64,000 bases of DNA from positions 827,537 to 891,536 of the forward strand of contig JBHYGA010000005.1 in assembly GCA_051859245.1 (NCBI GenBank), read 5' to 3'. Positions within the stretch are counted from its first letter, which is position 1. Each line of letters begins with the position of its first letter. The notes below the pieces were generated by a model. That model had not been told where the DNA came from, did no database searches, and saw only the letters and a list, made by a program, of their open reading frames with translations. The stretch comes from Gemmatimonadaceae bacterium. Its GTDB lineage: Bacteria; Gemmatimonadota; Gemmatimonadetes; Gemmatimonadales; Gemmatimonadaceae. Position numbers and translations under genes: made by a program. Below, piece after piece: positions 41,127 to 50,915 of the stretch.

Positions 41127-41389
41127 CGTGTTGCGCTCGGATAGAAGCGTCGCAGTTTTGCTCCGGTGCGGCTTTTGGCAGACTCAGAGCGCCGAAACGG
41201 CAGGCATACATCGTGCGTGAAACTTGCTGGCATTCGCGTGACGGTTGTCACGCCGGAACAGAGGAGCTCGCCGCGGGTACGCGTTCAAGTATGTGACACT
41301 GTCCCTCTGGAGCGCGTGGGCGCGGCACGTCAGGTAGTGTGTTGCCACGAGGCGGTCAGCGGACACCGGAAAAACGCGGTTTGTGTTGC

Positions 41390-41419
41390 TTGACACCCCC
41401 CCTTGTGCGTCAGTACTTT
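41390..41419 (+). promoter_or_regulatory. Sigma70-type promoter
   Basis: TTGACA, 18-bp spacer (starting with C7), TACTTT; ~75 nt before the ATG at 41494, RBS AGGAG. Confidence 0.55.
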
Positions 41420-41493
41420 GCTACTTCGTGCTGTAATCCTTCACCAACCACAGGAGACTGTACCAAGCCCCTGATTCGTCAGTAGGAGAAAAC

Positions 41494-41964
41494 ATGAGAC
41501 GTGTAGTGACTTGGCTGGGACTCGTCCTGGCGGTCAGCGCGTTCATGCCACGTGAAGTCGCGGCGCAGGCCGGTGTGCTGGATCCAGCAAGTACCGTTGT
41601 GCGCCCTGGGGTAGGAAAGCTCGCTCAGAACTATCCGAACCCCTTCAACCCTGAGACATGGTTTCCGTTTACTGTAGGTGACGCGCCTGCATGTACGGAG
41701 CCCGGTCGGCAGTATCGGGTTTCTCTGCGAATAGTCAATCTGCTCGCGAGAGAAGTATCGGTACCGGTATTGCAACGAGGCACCGGCGGTGTTGCCGGTG
41801 GCCAAGCGCTGAACGGCGTCATGCTGCCTTGCGGTGAGTATGAAGCCTACTGGGATGGAAAGGATAAGCGTACAGGTCGGGAAGCTCCTTCCGGCATCTA
41901 CACTTATCTGCTTCAGATCGACAACCAGCGGCCCTTGGTGAAGAAGATGAGCGTGGTGAACTGA
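41494..41964 (+). CDS. Small secreted protein made of a single QNYPNPFNP (T9SS type-A CTD / FlgD Ig-like) domain
   Basis: Signal peptide ..VAAQA; QNYPNPFNPET, VSLRIVNLLAREV, YWDGKDKRTGREAPSGIYTYLL. Confidence 0.75.
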   Translation: MRRVVTWLGLVLAVSAFMPREVAAQAGVLDPASTVVRPGVGKLAQNYPNPFNPETWFPFTVGDAPACTEPGRQYRVSLRIVNLLAREVSVPVLQRGTGGVAGGQALNGVMLPCGEYEAYWDGKDKRTGREAPSGIYTYLLQIDNQRPLVKKMSVVN

Positions 41965-41985
41965 ACGCCACAGGCAGAGATCCAC

Positions 41986-42037
41986 AAAAACAAAAGCGGC
42001 GCCTCGGGTGAGCGGACCCAGGGCGCCGCTTTGTTTT
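41986..42037 (+). terminator. Intrinsic terminator (bidirectional-type)
   Basis: AAAACAAAAGCGGCGCC...GGCGCCGCTTTGTTTT. Confidence 0.8.
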
Positions 42038-42101
42038 GCCGTGCGATATTCAACCTCGCACCCGACGTGTTCGGCCACGTGTCGTTTCGGCAGCATTGGT
42101 G

Positions 42102-42117
42102 TGGCACTACGATTGCT
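42102..42117 (+). promoter_or_regulatory. Sigma54 (-24/-12) promoter upstream of clpB
   Basis: TGGCAC-TACGA-TTGCT, matching TGGCAC-N5-TTGC. Confidence 0.7.
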
Positions 42118-42179
42118 CTTTCTTCGTAGCACACGTAGGCGGTGACATCGCGTTTTCTCCCCAGGAGTCAGGCACCTCT

Positions 42180-44774
42180 ATGATCAATCCCGATCGTTTG
42201 ACTGTGAAGAGCGGCGAAGCGCTGAACGACGCCGTATCGATCGCGCGTCGCGCCGGCAATCCGCTGGTCTACGACGTGCATTTGCTGCTCGCCTTGCTCT
42301 CGCAAGACGAAGGCATTGTGGTGCCGATTCTTCAGCGCGTTGGGGTATCGGTAACCCAGCTGCGACAGCAGGCCGAACAGGAGGCGACGCGCTACGCCAA
42401 GCAGAGTGATGCGCAGCCCACGCTCTCGCGCGAACTCTCGCAAGTCCTCGATGCCGCCGACAAACTCGCCCAGACACTCGGCGACGCCTACATCAGCACC
42501 GAGCATCTGCTGCTCGCGCTCAGCGATGCCAAAGGCACCGACAGCGCGCGCCTGCTCACGACGGCCAACGCCACGCGCACCGCGCTCACGGACGCACTCA
42601 AGCTGGTGCGCGGTTCGCACACCGTGACAGATCAGACGCCCGAGCAGCAGTACCAGGCGCTCGAGCGTTTCACGCGTGACCTCACGGATTCCGCGCGCAA
42701 GGGCAAGCTTGATCCGGTCATCGGGCGCGATGAAGAAATCCGGCGGGTGATTCAGGTGTTGTCGCGCCGTACCAAGAACAACCCCGTGCTCATCGGTGAG
42801 CCCGGTGTCGGTAAAACGGCCATCGCTGAAGGCCTTGCCCAGCGCATGGTGAACGGCGACGTGCCCGAGTCACTGCGCGACAAGAAGCTGTTGTCGCTCG
42901 ATCTCGGTGCGCTGATTGCCGGAGCCAAGTTTCGTGGCGAGTTCGAAGAACGCCTCAAGTCGGTGCTCAAGGAAATCGCGTCCAGCGAAGGGCGCGTGGT
43001 GTTGTTCATTGACGAGCTGCACACGCTCGTGGGCGCCGGTAAAGCCGAAGGCAGCATGGACGCGGGCAACATGCTCAAGCCGATGCTCGCGCGCGGCGAA
43101 CTGCGTGTGGTTGGTGCGACCACGCTCGATGAATATCGCAAGCATGTGGAAAAGGACGCCGCACTCGAACGACGCTTCCAGCCCGTTTTTGTGGGCGAGC
43201 CGAGCGTCGAGAATACCATTGCCATTCTGCGCGGACTGAAGGAGCGCTACGAAGCGCACCACGGGGTGCGCATTACCGATGGTGCGGTCGTAGCCGCGGC
43301 CACGTTGTCGGATCGATATATCGGCGATCGATTCCTGCCTGACAAAGCCATCGATCTGGTGGACGAAGCGGCGTCGCGCTTGCGCATTGAGATTGACTCC
43401 GTGCCGCAGGAGATCGATGAGGTGGAGCGTCGCATCGTGCAGCTTGAAATCGAGCGACAGGCGCTGCTCAAGGAATCCGACGCAGCGTCACTGGAACGAC
43501 GCAATACGCTTGAGCGTGAACTGGCCGATGGCAAGGAAAAAGCGTCGGGCATGCGAGCGCAGTGGCAACAAGAGAAAGACGTGCTGGGCAGCGTGGGACG
43601 CATCAAGCAGGAGATCGAGCAGGCACGTGTTGAAGCCGAGAAGGCCACGCGTGTTGGTGATCTCAATATGGCCGCCGAAATCACGTACGGTCGCATTCCG
43701 CAGTTGGAGCGCGATATGTCGGCAGCGGAAGCGCAGCTCGCGTCACACGGTGGACGTCCGCAGTTCCTGAAAGAAGAAGTGGCCGCTGACGACATCGCAG
43801 AAATCGTAGCGCGCTGGACGGGCATTCCCGTGTCGCGCATGATGGAATCAGAACGCGAGCGGCTCACGCGTCTGGAGTCGGTACTGGCAACGCGTGTGAT
43901 CGGTCAGGATGAAGCGGTTGCGGCGGTCGCCAATGCAGTGCGCCGTTCACGCGCCGGTTTGCAGGATCCCAACCGTCCCGTGGGCAGCTTCATCTTTCTC
44001 GGTCCAACCGGCGTGGGCAAAACGGAGACTGCGCGCGCGCTCGCCGAGTTCCTGTTTGATGATGAGCATGCCATGGTGCGCATCGACATGTCGGAGTACA
44101 TGGAGAAGCACGCCGTCGCACGGCTGATCGGTGCACCGCCAGGATATGTGGGCTACGAAGAAGGTGGACAGCTCACAGAAGTCGTGCGGAGACGCCCGTA
44201 CTGCGTGATTCTCTTTGACGAAATTGAAAAGGCGCACCCGGACGTCTTCAATGTGCTGTTGCAGGTGCTCGATGATGGGCGCCTTACGGACGCGCAGGGG
44301 CGCACGGTGGACTTCAAGAACGCCGTGATCATCATGACGTCGAACGTGGGCTCGTCCTACATTCTGGAAGCCGCCGATACGCCGCTCGCAGAGGTTGAGG
44401 CGCGCGTGCTGACGGCGCTGCGCGGCAGCTTCAAGCCGGAGTTTCTGAACCGCGTGGACGATATCGTGGTGTTCCGCCCGCTTGGCCGCGAGCAGATCGA
44501 TCATATCGTCGACCTGCAACTCGGGCGGTTGCGCGAACTGCTGACGGAGAAAAAGCTCACGATTGAACTCACACCGGCTGCGCGTGCGTTGCTCGCCGAT
44601 ACTGGCTATGACCCGGCGTTTGGTGCGCGTCCGCTCAAGCGCGCGGTGCAGCGCATGGTGCAGAATCCACTTGCGCTGGCGGTGCTCGAAGGGCGCTTCC
44701 TCGAAGGCGATCGCATCGTTGCCGACGTCGGAGAGAACGGTGCCCTCGCGTTTACCTCAACGCGCGCCGAGTAG
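42180..44774 (+). CDS. clpB: ATP-dependent chaperone ClpB
   Basis: Clp N repeats, [23 protein letters not shown], long coiled-coil M domain, [15 protein letters not shown]. Confidence 0.97.
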   Translation: MINPDRLTVKSGEALNDAVSIARRAGNPLVYDVHLLLALLSQDEGIVVPILQRVGVSVTQLRQQAEQEATRYAKQSDAQPTLSRELSQVLDAADKLAQTLGDAYISTEHLLLALSDAKGTDSARLLTTANATRTALTDALKLVRGSHTVTDQTPEQQYQALERFTRDLTDSARKGKLDPVIGRDEEIRRVIQVLSRRTKNNPVLIGEPGVGKTAIAEGLAQRMVNGDVPESLRDKKLLSLDLGALIAGAKFRGEFEERLKSVLKEIASSEGRVVLFIDELHTLVGAGKAEGSMDAGNMLKPMLARGELRVVGATTLDEYRKHVEKDAALERRFQPVFVGEPSVENTIAILRGLKERYEAHHGVRITDGAVVAAATLSDRYIGDRFLPDKAIDLVDEAASRLRIEIDSVPQEIDEVERRIVQLEIERQALLKESDAASLERRNTLERELADGKEKASGMRAQWQQEKDVLGSVGRIKQEIEQARVEAEKATRVGDLNMAAEITYGRIPQLERDMSAAEAQLASHGGRPQFLKEEVAADDIAEIVARWTGIPVSRMMESERERLTRLESVLATRVIGQDEAVAAVANAVRRSRAGLQDPNRPVGSFIFLGPTGVGKTETARALAEFLFDDEHAMVRIDMSEYMEKHAVARLIGAPPGYVGYEEGGQLTEVVRRRPYCVILFDEIEKAHPDVFNVLLQVLDDGRLTDAQGRTVDFKNAVIIMTSNVGSSYILEAADTPLAEVEARVLTALRGSFKPEFLNRVDDIVVFRPLGREQIDHIVDLQLGRLRELLTEKKLTIELTPAARALLADTGYDPAFGARPLKRAVQRMVQNPLALAVLEGRFLEGDRIVADVGENGALAFTSTRAE

Positions 44775-44787
44775 CTGGTAGACACGA

Positions 44788-44834
44788 GAAAGCCGCAGCG
44801 ACGCACCTAATGGTTGCGTCGCTGCGGCTTTTTT
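44788..44834. terminator. Intrinsic terminator between convergent clpB and ompA-family genes
   Basis: GAAAGCCGCAGCGACGCA...TGCGTCGCTGCGGCTTTTTT. Confidence 0.85.
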
Positions 44835-44881
44835 CGTTCAACAGCACCTCGGTTGCGCGTGCGAACACGCGCATTCCGAAT

Positions 44882-45529
44882 TTACGGCTTCCGTACGTCG
44901 GCTGAAGCGATGATGGCCACTTCAATGCGACGATTGGCCTGCTGACCACTTTCGGAGTCATTGGTCATGACGGGTTCCAGCTCGCCGCGTCCTGAGGTCC
45001 GCAAACGCGTGCTGGCAATGCCTTCGCCCGTCAGAAAGCGTGACGCCGCGTCCGCTCGCTGCTGCGACAGACGCATGTTGTAGTCGTCACTACCCGTAGC
45101 ATCGGTATGGCCAACAATCAGCACATCCGTTTTCGGATACTTCGAAAGACTCTGCGCCAGATTGCGCAGATTTACAGCGGCATCGGATCGGATACGATCG
45201 GAATCAAAGTCGTACAGCAAACCGCTGGCAAATGTGATCTGAATGCCTTCCCCAACGCGTTCCACCGTTGCGCCAGGAATTGCCAGTTCGATCTCCTTGG
45301 CCTGCTGATCCATCTGGTGTCCGATCACGGCGCCGGCGGCGCCGCCGATCACCGCGCCAATAATGGCACCGCGAGCCGTTGAGCCGGTCTGATTGCCAAT
45401 CACGCCGCCAACACCCGCGCCGACACCGGCACCAATCGCCGCACCCTGCTGCTTCATCGACGCGCATGCCGTCACGCTAACCGACGCAAACAACAACAGC
45501 GCGAGGCTGGTGTTCCGGAGCGTCATCAT
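44882..45529 (-). CDS. OmpA-family lipoprotein with glycine zipper (YiaD-like)
   Basis: Lipobox VTAC, GAAIGAGVGAGVGG zipper, GHTDATGSDDYNMRLSQQRA and NRRIE. Confidence 0.92.
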   Translation of the reverse strand: MMTLRNTSLALLLFASVSVTACASMKQQGAAIGAGVGAGVGGVIGNQTGSTARGAIIGAVIGGAAGAVIGHQMDQQAKEIELAIPGATVERVGEGIQITFASGLLYDFDSDRIRSDAAVNLRNLAQSLSKYPKTDVLIVGHTDATGSDDYNMRLSQQRADAASRFLTGEGIASTRLRTSGRGELEPVMTNDSESGQQANRRIEVAIIASADVRKP

Positions 45530-45675
45530 AAAACTTTCCGACCCTGAATGACACGAACAAGGATCGCGATGACTGCAAGCACCAGCAGGATATGAATCAA
45601 TCCGCCCATCGTGTACGACGTGACGAGGCCAAGCGCCCAGAGAACGATCAGGATGATGACAATCGTTGAAAGCAT
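45526..45675 (-). CDS. lmo0937-family small membrane protein (49 aa), absent from the ORF track
   Basis: Hand translation MLSTIVIILIVLWALGLVTSYTMGGLIHILLVLAVIAILVRVIQGRKVL; RBS AAGGAG; stop overlaps the OmpA-family start. Confidence 0.88.
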   Translation of the reverse strand: MLSTIVIILIVLWALGLVTSYTMGGLIHILLVLAVIAILVRVIQGRKVL

Positions 45676-45878
45676 GAGATGACTCCTTGAGTCTTTCGGG
45701 ATTTTAAATACGAACGCACTGCTCCACGTTGTACACCGTGAAGGCCAAATAATACGTGTTTCATCACACTAATGGACGAAACGCGTGCGCCAGATCACAT
45801 AAATCCGAAAGTTTTTTGGCGCCTGCTCTGAGGAGCGATTACGTTATCGCTCGAAAGGAGTAGAGATCGCAGCGTGCG

Positions 45879-47558
45879 TCAGATCTCGCCGCGTTTTGCG
45901 AACTGTCCGATATGATCGGCGGCGCGAAATGCCAACGCTTGAATGGTCAGTGTGGGTTGCCCGCGCCCGCTGGTGACAAACGAACTGCCGTCCACAATAA
46001 ACAGATTGCGAACATCGTGCGTGCGGTGGAATCGATCAACGACAGACCGCGTTGGATCATTACCCATGCGACACGTACCAAGCAAATGCACCGCGAAACC
46101 GGGATCCTCGTTGATGGGATCCGAATGAATGCGCAACGCGCCGGCAGCCTGCAACAGTTCGCGCCCACGTTCCTGAAACCAGCGATACATCCGCAGGTCA
46201 TGTTCATGCTCACGAAATGTGGTGCGTAAAGCGGGCAAGCCAAACGCGTCTTTCAGCTCGGGGTCCAGAGAAACACTGTTTGTCTCGACCGGCAGCGATG
46301 TGGTGTGCGCGTACGCCAGCAGCGAATTGTTGTACCATGAACGCAACCGATGCTTGAACGCGCTGCCCCATTGCGGTTCGCCTTGCGGCAACGAAAGCGC
46401 CATCAACATGGCCGGTACGTCGAACCGGAAATCGAAGCCGCCGCCACCCACAAAGCCGAGCGCCGGATCCAGTTCATAGGTGTGGTGCGAAATGCGCGAC
46501 ACCACCGGGCCACGATGTCCATTGATCTCATGTTCGAACTCGGCGCGTGACAACGCGGCACCATTAAACATGAAGTGCTTTCCCACCAGGCCGCTCGAGT
46601 TGGCGAGACCGTCAGGGAACTGTGTATTCGCCGAGAGCAGCAGCAACCGCGGTGACTCCGCACCATTCGCGCTCAGCACAACCGCTTTGGCCCGCTGACG
46701 CTGTTCCTTCTTGTCGCGATCGTAGTACAGCACGCCCGTTGCGCGCCCCTGCTCGTTCGTTTCGATGCGATACACCGTACACTCGCTGCGCACTTCACAG
46801 CGACCGGAACGCAGCGCCTCCGGAATCATGGTGTAGTTGGCACCTGACTTTGCGCCCCACTCGCACGGGAAGCCGAGACAGAAGCCACAGTTGTGACATG
46901 GCTGACGACCGTTGTATTCGCGCGAAAGAATGGCCATGGGGGCGGGCATCGAGCTCCACCCAAGCTTGTCACACGCGGCGGTGAGCAGCACGCCCGGACC
47001 CGTCACGTTCAGCGGTGGCAGCGGATACGGACGCGAGTGCGGTGGTTCGCCCGGCGCGGCATTGGCCAATCCCGACACGCCAATGGCCCATTCAACGGCC
47101 GAGTAGTACGGCTCCAGTTCGTCGTACGTAATCGGCCAGTCTGCAAGCGCTGCGCCCGGCACGCCGCCGCGTGCCGAAAACTCGTTGAAGTCGATTGGAC
47201 GGAAACGCCAATAGTTGCCCGTGAAATGGAACGAGGTGCCGCCCACCGCTTTGGCGTATCCCACGTACGGACGGCGCTGTGCGACGTCCGCGTCGGTGCG
47301 CCGGTACGTTTGCGGTTGCGTCTGGGAGTTGTTGGTCCATTTCTCCGTAATGAACGCGCCGAGTTCATCGTGATCCATTTCTTCCGGGCGCCACGCACGG
47401 CCTTGCTCGAGCACCACAACATCAAAGCCCTGTCGCGTGAGTTCACGCGCCATCGATCCACCGGCCGGCCCGGACCCGATGACGACAAAATCCACGTCGG
47501 TGTCCTGCGCGTACGTGCGCCCGGTTGGCTGCGTCTGCAGCAGGCGGCGTGTCGGCAT
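45879..47558 (-). CDS. GMC-family oxidoreductase (flavoprotein subunit)
   Basis: GSGPAGG, VGGTSFHF, Cys cluster CHNCGFCLGFPC, HLLGTCRMG, PTLTIQALAFRAAD. Confidence 0.92.
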   Translation of the reverse strand: MPTRRLLQTQPTGRTYAQDTDVDFVVIGSGPAGGSMARELTRQGFDVVVLEQGRAWRPEEMDHDELGAFITEKWTNNSQTQPQTYRRTDADVAQRRPYVGYAKAVGGTSFHFTGNYWRFRPIDFNEFSARGGVPGAALADWPITYDELEPYYSAVEWAIGVSGLANAAPGEPPHSRPYPLPPLNVTGPGVLLTAACDKLGWSSMPAPMAILSREYNGRQPCHNCGFCLGFPCEWGAKSGANYTMIPEALRSGRCEVRSECTVYRIETNEQGRATGVLYYDRDKKEQRQRAKAVVLSANGAESPRLLLLSANTQFPDGLANSSGLVGKHFMFNGAALSRAEFEHEINGHRGPVVSRISHHTYELDPALGFVGGGGFDFRFDVPAMLMALSLPQGEPQWGSAFKHRLRSWYNNSLLAYAHTTSLPVETNSVSLDPELKDAFGLPALRTTFREHEHDLRMYRWFQERGRELLQAAGALRIHSDPINEDPGFAVHLLGTCRMGNDPTRSVVDRFHRTHDVRNLFIVDGSSFVTSGRGQPTLTIQALAFRAADHIGQFAKRGEI

Positions 47559-48160
47559 CAGAGCACGCGTCCGAGCAGCGCCTGTTGATTCTCGGGTCGA
47601 TCGTACCAGCCGAACGGCGGCTGATACTCGAACACCGGCTCCTGATTCACCAGTGACCAGCCCACAAAGTTCTTGTTGCCGCCGTACTTTGGCAGCGCGA
47701 ACATGCCGGCAATCGTCGCGAAGCGCAGACTGCCAAAAAACTCTGTCTGTTCAATCTCGCGGAGCAGCGCATCCTGTTGTGCGTCGTTCAGCGCAGCAAA
47801 GCGTGCAACACCCGGGTGTGATTTTGCCACCGCGTCAGTGAGCTCCTGCAGGCCGCGTGCGAAGAGCGGCTGCTGGTCAACGGCGAACGTGGTCATGCTT
47901 TGATCAATAAAAAAGATCACGCCCGCTTCACGCGCACCAGGTGTTTCATCCGTTGGAAAGATTCGTGCCGCGATGGCCTCGACATCGGCCGCGTCTTCCG
48001 CCGTGAAATGGCGCAGTGATTGTGGACCGACAGGGGTGTCAGGCGTGGGGTGATGGCTGATGGCGTCGGGTGTGGCGTCGCGGCAGGCGGAGGCGGCTGC
48101 GAGCCACGCCGCGCTCATTGCCGTGACCCGCAGCACAAAATCGCGTCGTGAAAGAGTCAT
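47558..48160 (-). CDS. Gluconate 2-dehydrogenase subunit 3 family protein (Tat signal)
   Basis: SRRDFV twin-arginine motif, IFPTDETPGAREAGVIFFID, PKYGGNKNFVGW. Confidence 0.9.
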   Translation of the reverse strand: MTLSRRDFVLRVTAMSAAWLAAASACRDATPDAISHHPTPDTPVGPQSLRHFTAEDAADVEAIAARIFPTDETPGAREAGVIFFIDQSMTTFAVDQQPLFARGLQELTDAVAKSHPGVARFAALNDAQQDALLREIEQTEFFGSLRFATIAGMFALPKYGGNKNFVGWSLVNQEPVFEYQPPFGWYDRPENQQALLGRVL

Positions 48161-48219
48161 GCGGGCGATAGTAGCGCGCCCACGAGCCCGCGTCTAGAAA
48201 AATCGGCACTTCTACCTAC

Positions 48220-48248
48220 TTGACGGTTGTCCCGTTCGTCCCAATGCT
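48220..48248 (+). promoter_or_regulatory. Putative sigma70 promoter of the S8 protease gene
   Basis: TTGACG-17 bp-AATGCT. Confidence 0.45.
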
Positions 48249-48326
48249 CTAGGGACAAACGGTGCTGACAAGGGCCCTCCGGGGCAGATTCGCCGTCGCA
48301 CCGTCCCACCTTTTGAGGGCTCACGT

Positions 48327-49775
48327 ATGCGGCTGCGGCACCTGACCCCGTTGTTTGTTGGCGCCCTGATTCTCAGCGCCTGCTCAGACACCACACCACC
48401 AACCGCGCTCGACAGCGAATCGGCAATGTTCAGTGCATCGAACGCGGGCGGTGTGCAGCGCAACGACTATATCATCGTATTCCGCGATGACGTTCGAGAC
48501 GTGCCTGGACTGGCGCGTGCGCTCCTCTCGCAAAATGGTGGCACCCTTGGTTTCACCTACACGACGGCGCTCAAGGGATTCTCGGCGACCCTGCCGGACG
48601 CGGCGGTGATGGCACTCGAAAGAAATCCCAACGTGGCGTACATCGAACCGGTGATCGACGTGTCGATTTCTACCACACAAAGCAATGCCACGTGGGGGCT
48701 GGACCGCATCGATCAGCGAGACCGGCCGATTAACGGCACGTACGTCTACGAGCAAACGGGTGCTGGTGTGCGTTCCTACATTCTCGACACCGGCATCTTG
48801 CCCTCGCATACGGATTTTGGTTCGCGCGTGGTGAGCGGGTTTACCGCGATCAGTGATGGGCGCGGCTCGAGTGATTGCAATGGACACGGAACGCACGTGG
48901 CGGGCACCGTTGGCGGAACAACGTGGGGTGTCGCAAAGGCAACAACGCTCGTCGCAGTTCGCGTGCTGGACTGTCGTGGTTCCGGCACGACGGACGGCGT
49001 GATTGCGGGCGTGGACTGGGTAGCCGCACAGACGCAGCGGCCCGCGGTGGCCAACATGTCGCTCGGCGGCGGCGCCAGCACAGCCTTGGACAATGCGGTC
49101 GCGAACGCTGTGGCGAGTGGTATTACGTTCGTGGTCGCCGCCGGCAACAGTGGTGCGAATGCCTGTAACTACTCGCCGGCGCGCACCGCCAGCGCCATCA
49201 CCGTTGGTGCAACCACCAACACGGATGCCCGTGCCTCGTACTCAAACTTTGGCTCGTGCCTCGACATTTTTGCTCCCGGCAGCAGCATCACGTCCGCGTG
49301 GTACACGAGCAATACCGCCACGAACACGATTAGCGGTACTTCAATGGCCGCCCCGCATGTTGCGGGAGCGGCGGCCCTGTATCTGCAGGCGAACCCCAAT
49401 GCGTCACCGACCTCGGTGGCATCGGCGTTGGTCGGGAATGCAAGCACCGGTCGGGTGAGTAGCGCGGGTACCGGTTCACCCAATGAGTTGCTGTACATCG
49501 GCACCGCATCAGATGGTGGCACCGTCACACCGCCGCCGAGTGGTAATCCAACACTGAGCTTTACTGTTACGAAGCAGGGCCCGAACAAGCGCGCCAACCT
49601 TGCATGGACCAATGCAACGTCGAGTGTCGACGTGTTCCGAAACAACACGCAGATCGCCACGGTGACGGGAACGAGCTACACTGACAATCTTGGGCGGGGC
49701 ACGGGATCCAACACGTACCGCGTGTGCAACGCCGGCACCACAACCTGCTCTGCGAGCGTCACGGTGAACTACTAA
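48327..49775 (+). CDS. S8 subtilase (aqualysin/proteinase K-like) lipoprotein with I9 propeptide and C-terminal beta domain
   Basis: Lipobox LSAC, WGLDRIDQ, ILDTG, NGHGTHVAG, AAGN, SGTSMAAPHVAG. Confidence 0.95.
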   Translation: MRLRHLTPLFVGALILSACSDTTPPTALDSESAMFSASNAGGVQRNDYIIVFRDDVRDVPGLARALLSQNGGTLGFTYTTALKGFSATLPDAAVMALERNPNVAYIEPVIDVSISTTQSNATWGLDRIDQRDRPINGTYVYEQTGAGVRSYILDTGILPSHTDFGSRVVSGFTAISDGRGSSDCNGHGTHVAGTVGGTTWGVAKATTLVAVRVLDCRGSGTTDGVIAGVDWVAAQTQRPAVANMSLGGGASTALDNAVANAVASGITFVVAAGNSGANACNYSPARTASAITVGATTNTDARASYSNFGSCLDIFAPGSSITSAWYTSNTATNTISGTSMAAPHVAGAAALYLQANPNASPTSVASALVGNASTGRVSSAGTGSPNELLYIGTASDGGTVTPPPSGNPTLSFTVTKQGPNKRANLAWTNATSSVDVFRNNTQIATVTGTSYTDNLGRGTGSNTYRVCNAGTTTCSASVTVNY

Positions 49776-49846
49776 GGGCCGCTGTGCCGCGACAGGCCTG
49801 TCCTGCTGGCCTGTCGCGAGCACGGGAGGCTTCGTATCCTCCCTGC

Positions 49847-50851
49847 ATGCAACGATTGCCTTGTTCATTCCGCCGCGTGTTTTTCGTCGCGTGTGCCGCG
49901 CTCGTACTCGCGTGCAGCGGTGGCAGTACTGCCCCCGGGACACCCACACCACCGCCGCCACCTCCGCCGCCGCCACCGGTCACCACGCCGGTCGGTCCGG
50001 TCGGGCCGTTCGCGGTTGGTACCGCGTATGTCGACAGCCGCAACTGGGTGCAGTACACGGCCGGCGACGCTCCCATTGTGCTGATTGCGCCGCACGGCGG
50101 ATTGCTTGCTCCCGGCGAGCTGGCGGACCGCAGTTGCACGGACTGCGTGACCGCAAACGACACCAATACGCAGGACCTGGCGCGCGTAATTGCCGACACG
50201 TTCGCCACGCGCACCGGACGTCGACCGCACCTGGTCGTGAATCTGCTGCATCGTCGCAAGTTCGACGCGAATCGTGATCTGACGGAAGCCACGGTCAATA
50301 ACTCGGCGGCCCTCCGACCCACCTGGGAGTGGATGCACGCCGCGGTAGATACCGCCAAGGCCGACGTTGCGCGTCGTTGGCAGCGCGGGCTGGTGCTCGA
50401 CATGCATGGACACGCGCATGCGATCCCTCGTCTTGAGCTCGGCTACTTGCTCACCGGAACACAGCTGCGACTCGACGATGGCGCGCTTGCCGCGTCGAAT
50501 GCTTTCAGTTCGACCAGCACCGCGAGTTTGCTAAGCACACGCCGTAGTGGTCGAACGGCCGCTCAGATTCTGCGCGGTCCCTCGAGTCTTGGCGGATTAC
50601 TCGAAGCGCGAGGGTTTCGCGCCGTGCCCTCACCGGCCGCGCCCGCGCCATTGGTTGGCGAAGACTATTTCAATGGCGGGTACAACACGCTGCGACATGG
50701 ATCGCGCGCCAGCGGATCCGTGGACGCGATTCAGATCGAGTGTCATTTCACAGGAGTGCGCGACACACCGCAGAGTCGCGCGGCCTTTGCGTCGGCGCTG
50801 GTGGACGCACTGCTGGTACTGCTGCGCGACGAGTATGGGTGGCAGCCGTAG
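49847..50851 (+). CDS. Lipoprotein with N-formylglutamate amidohydrolase-like fold and polyproline linker
   Basis: Lipobox VLAC, poly-Pro run, APHGG, DANRD, LDMHG, YFNGGY, AIQIE. Confidence 0.65.
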   Translation: MQRLPCSFRRVFFVACAALVLACSGGSTAPGTPTPPPPPPPPPPVTTPVGPVGPFAVGTAYVDSRNWVQYTAGDAPIVLIAPHGGLLAPGELADRSCTDCVTANDTNTQDLARVIADTFATRTGRRPHLVVNLLHRRKFDANRDLTEATVNNSAALRPTWEWMHAAVDTAKADVARRWQRGLVLDMHGHAHAIPRLELGYLLTGTQLRLDDGALAASNAFSSTSTASLLSTRRSGRTAAQILRGPSSLGGLLEARGFRAVPSPAAPAPLVGEDYFNGGYNTLRHGSRASGSVDAIQIECHFTGVRDTPQSRAAFASALVDALLVLLRDEYGWQP

Positions 50852-50915
50852 TGGATGTGCCGCGCTTGTTCACGACGCGGCGTGAAACGCGTGGTGCCGT
50901 TGCGAGGCGCCGCGC

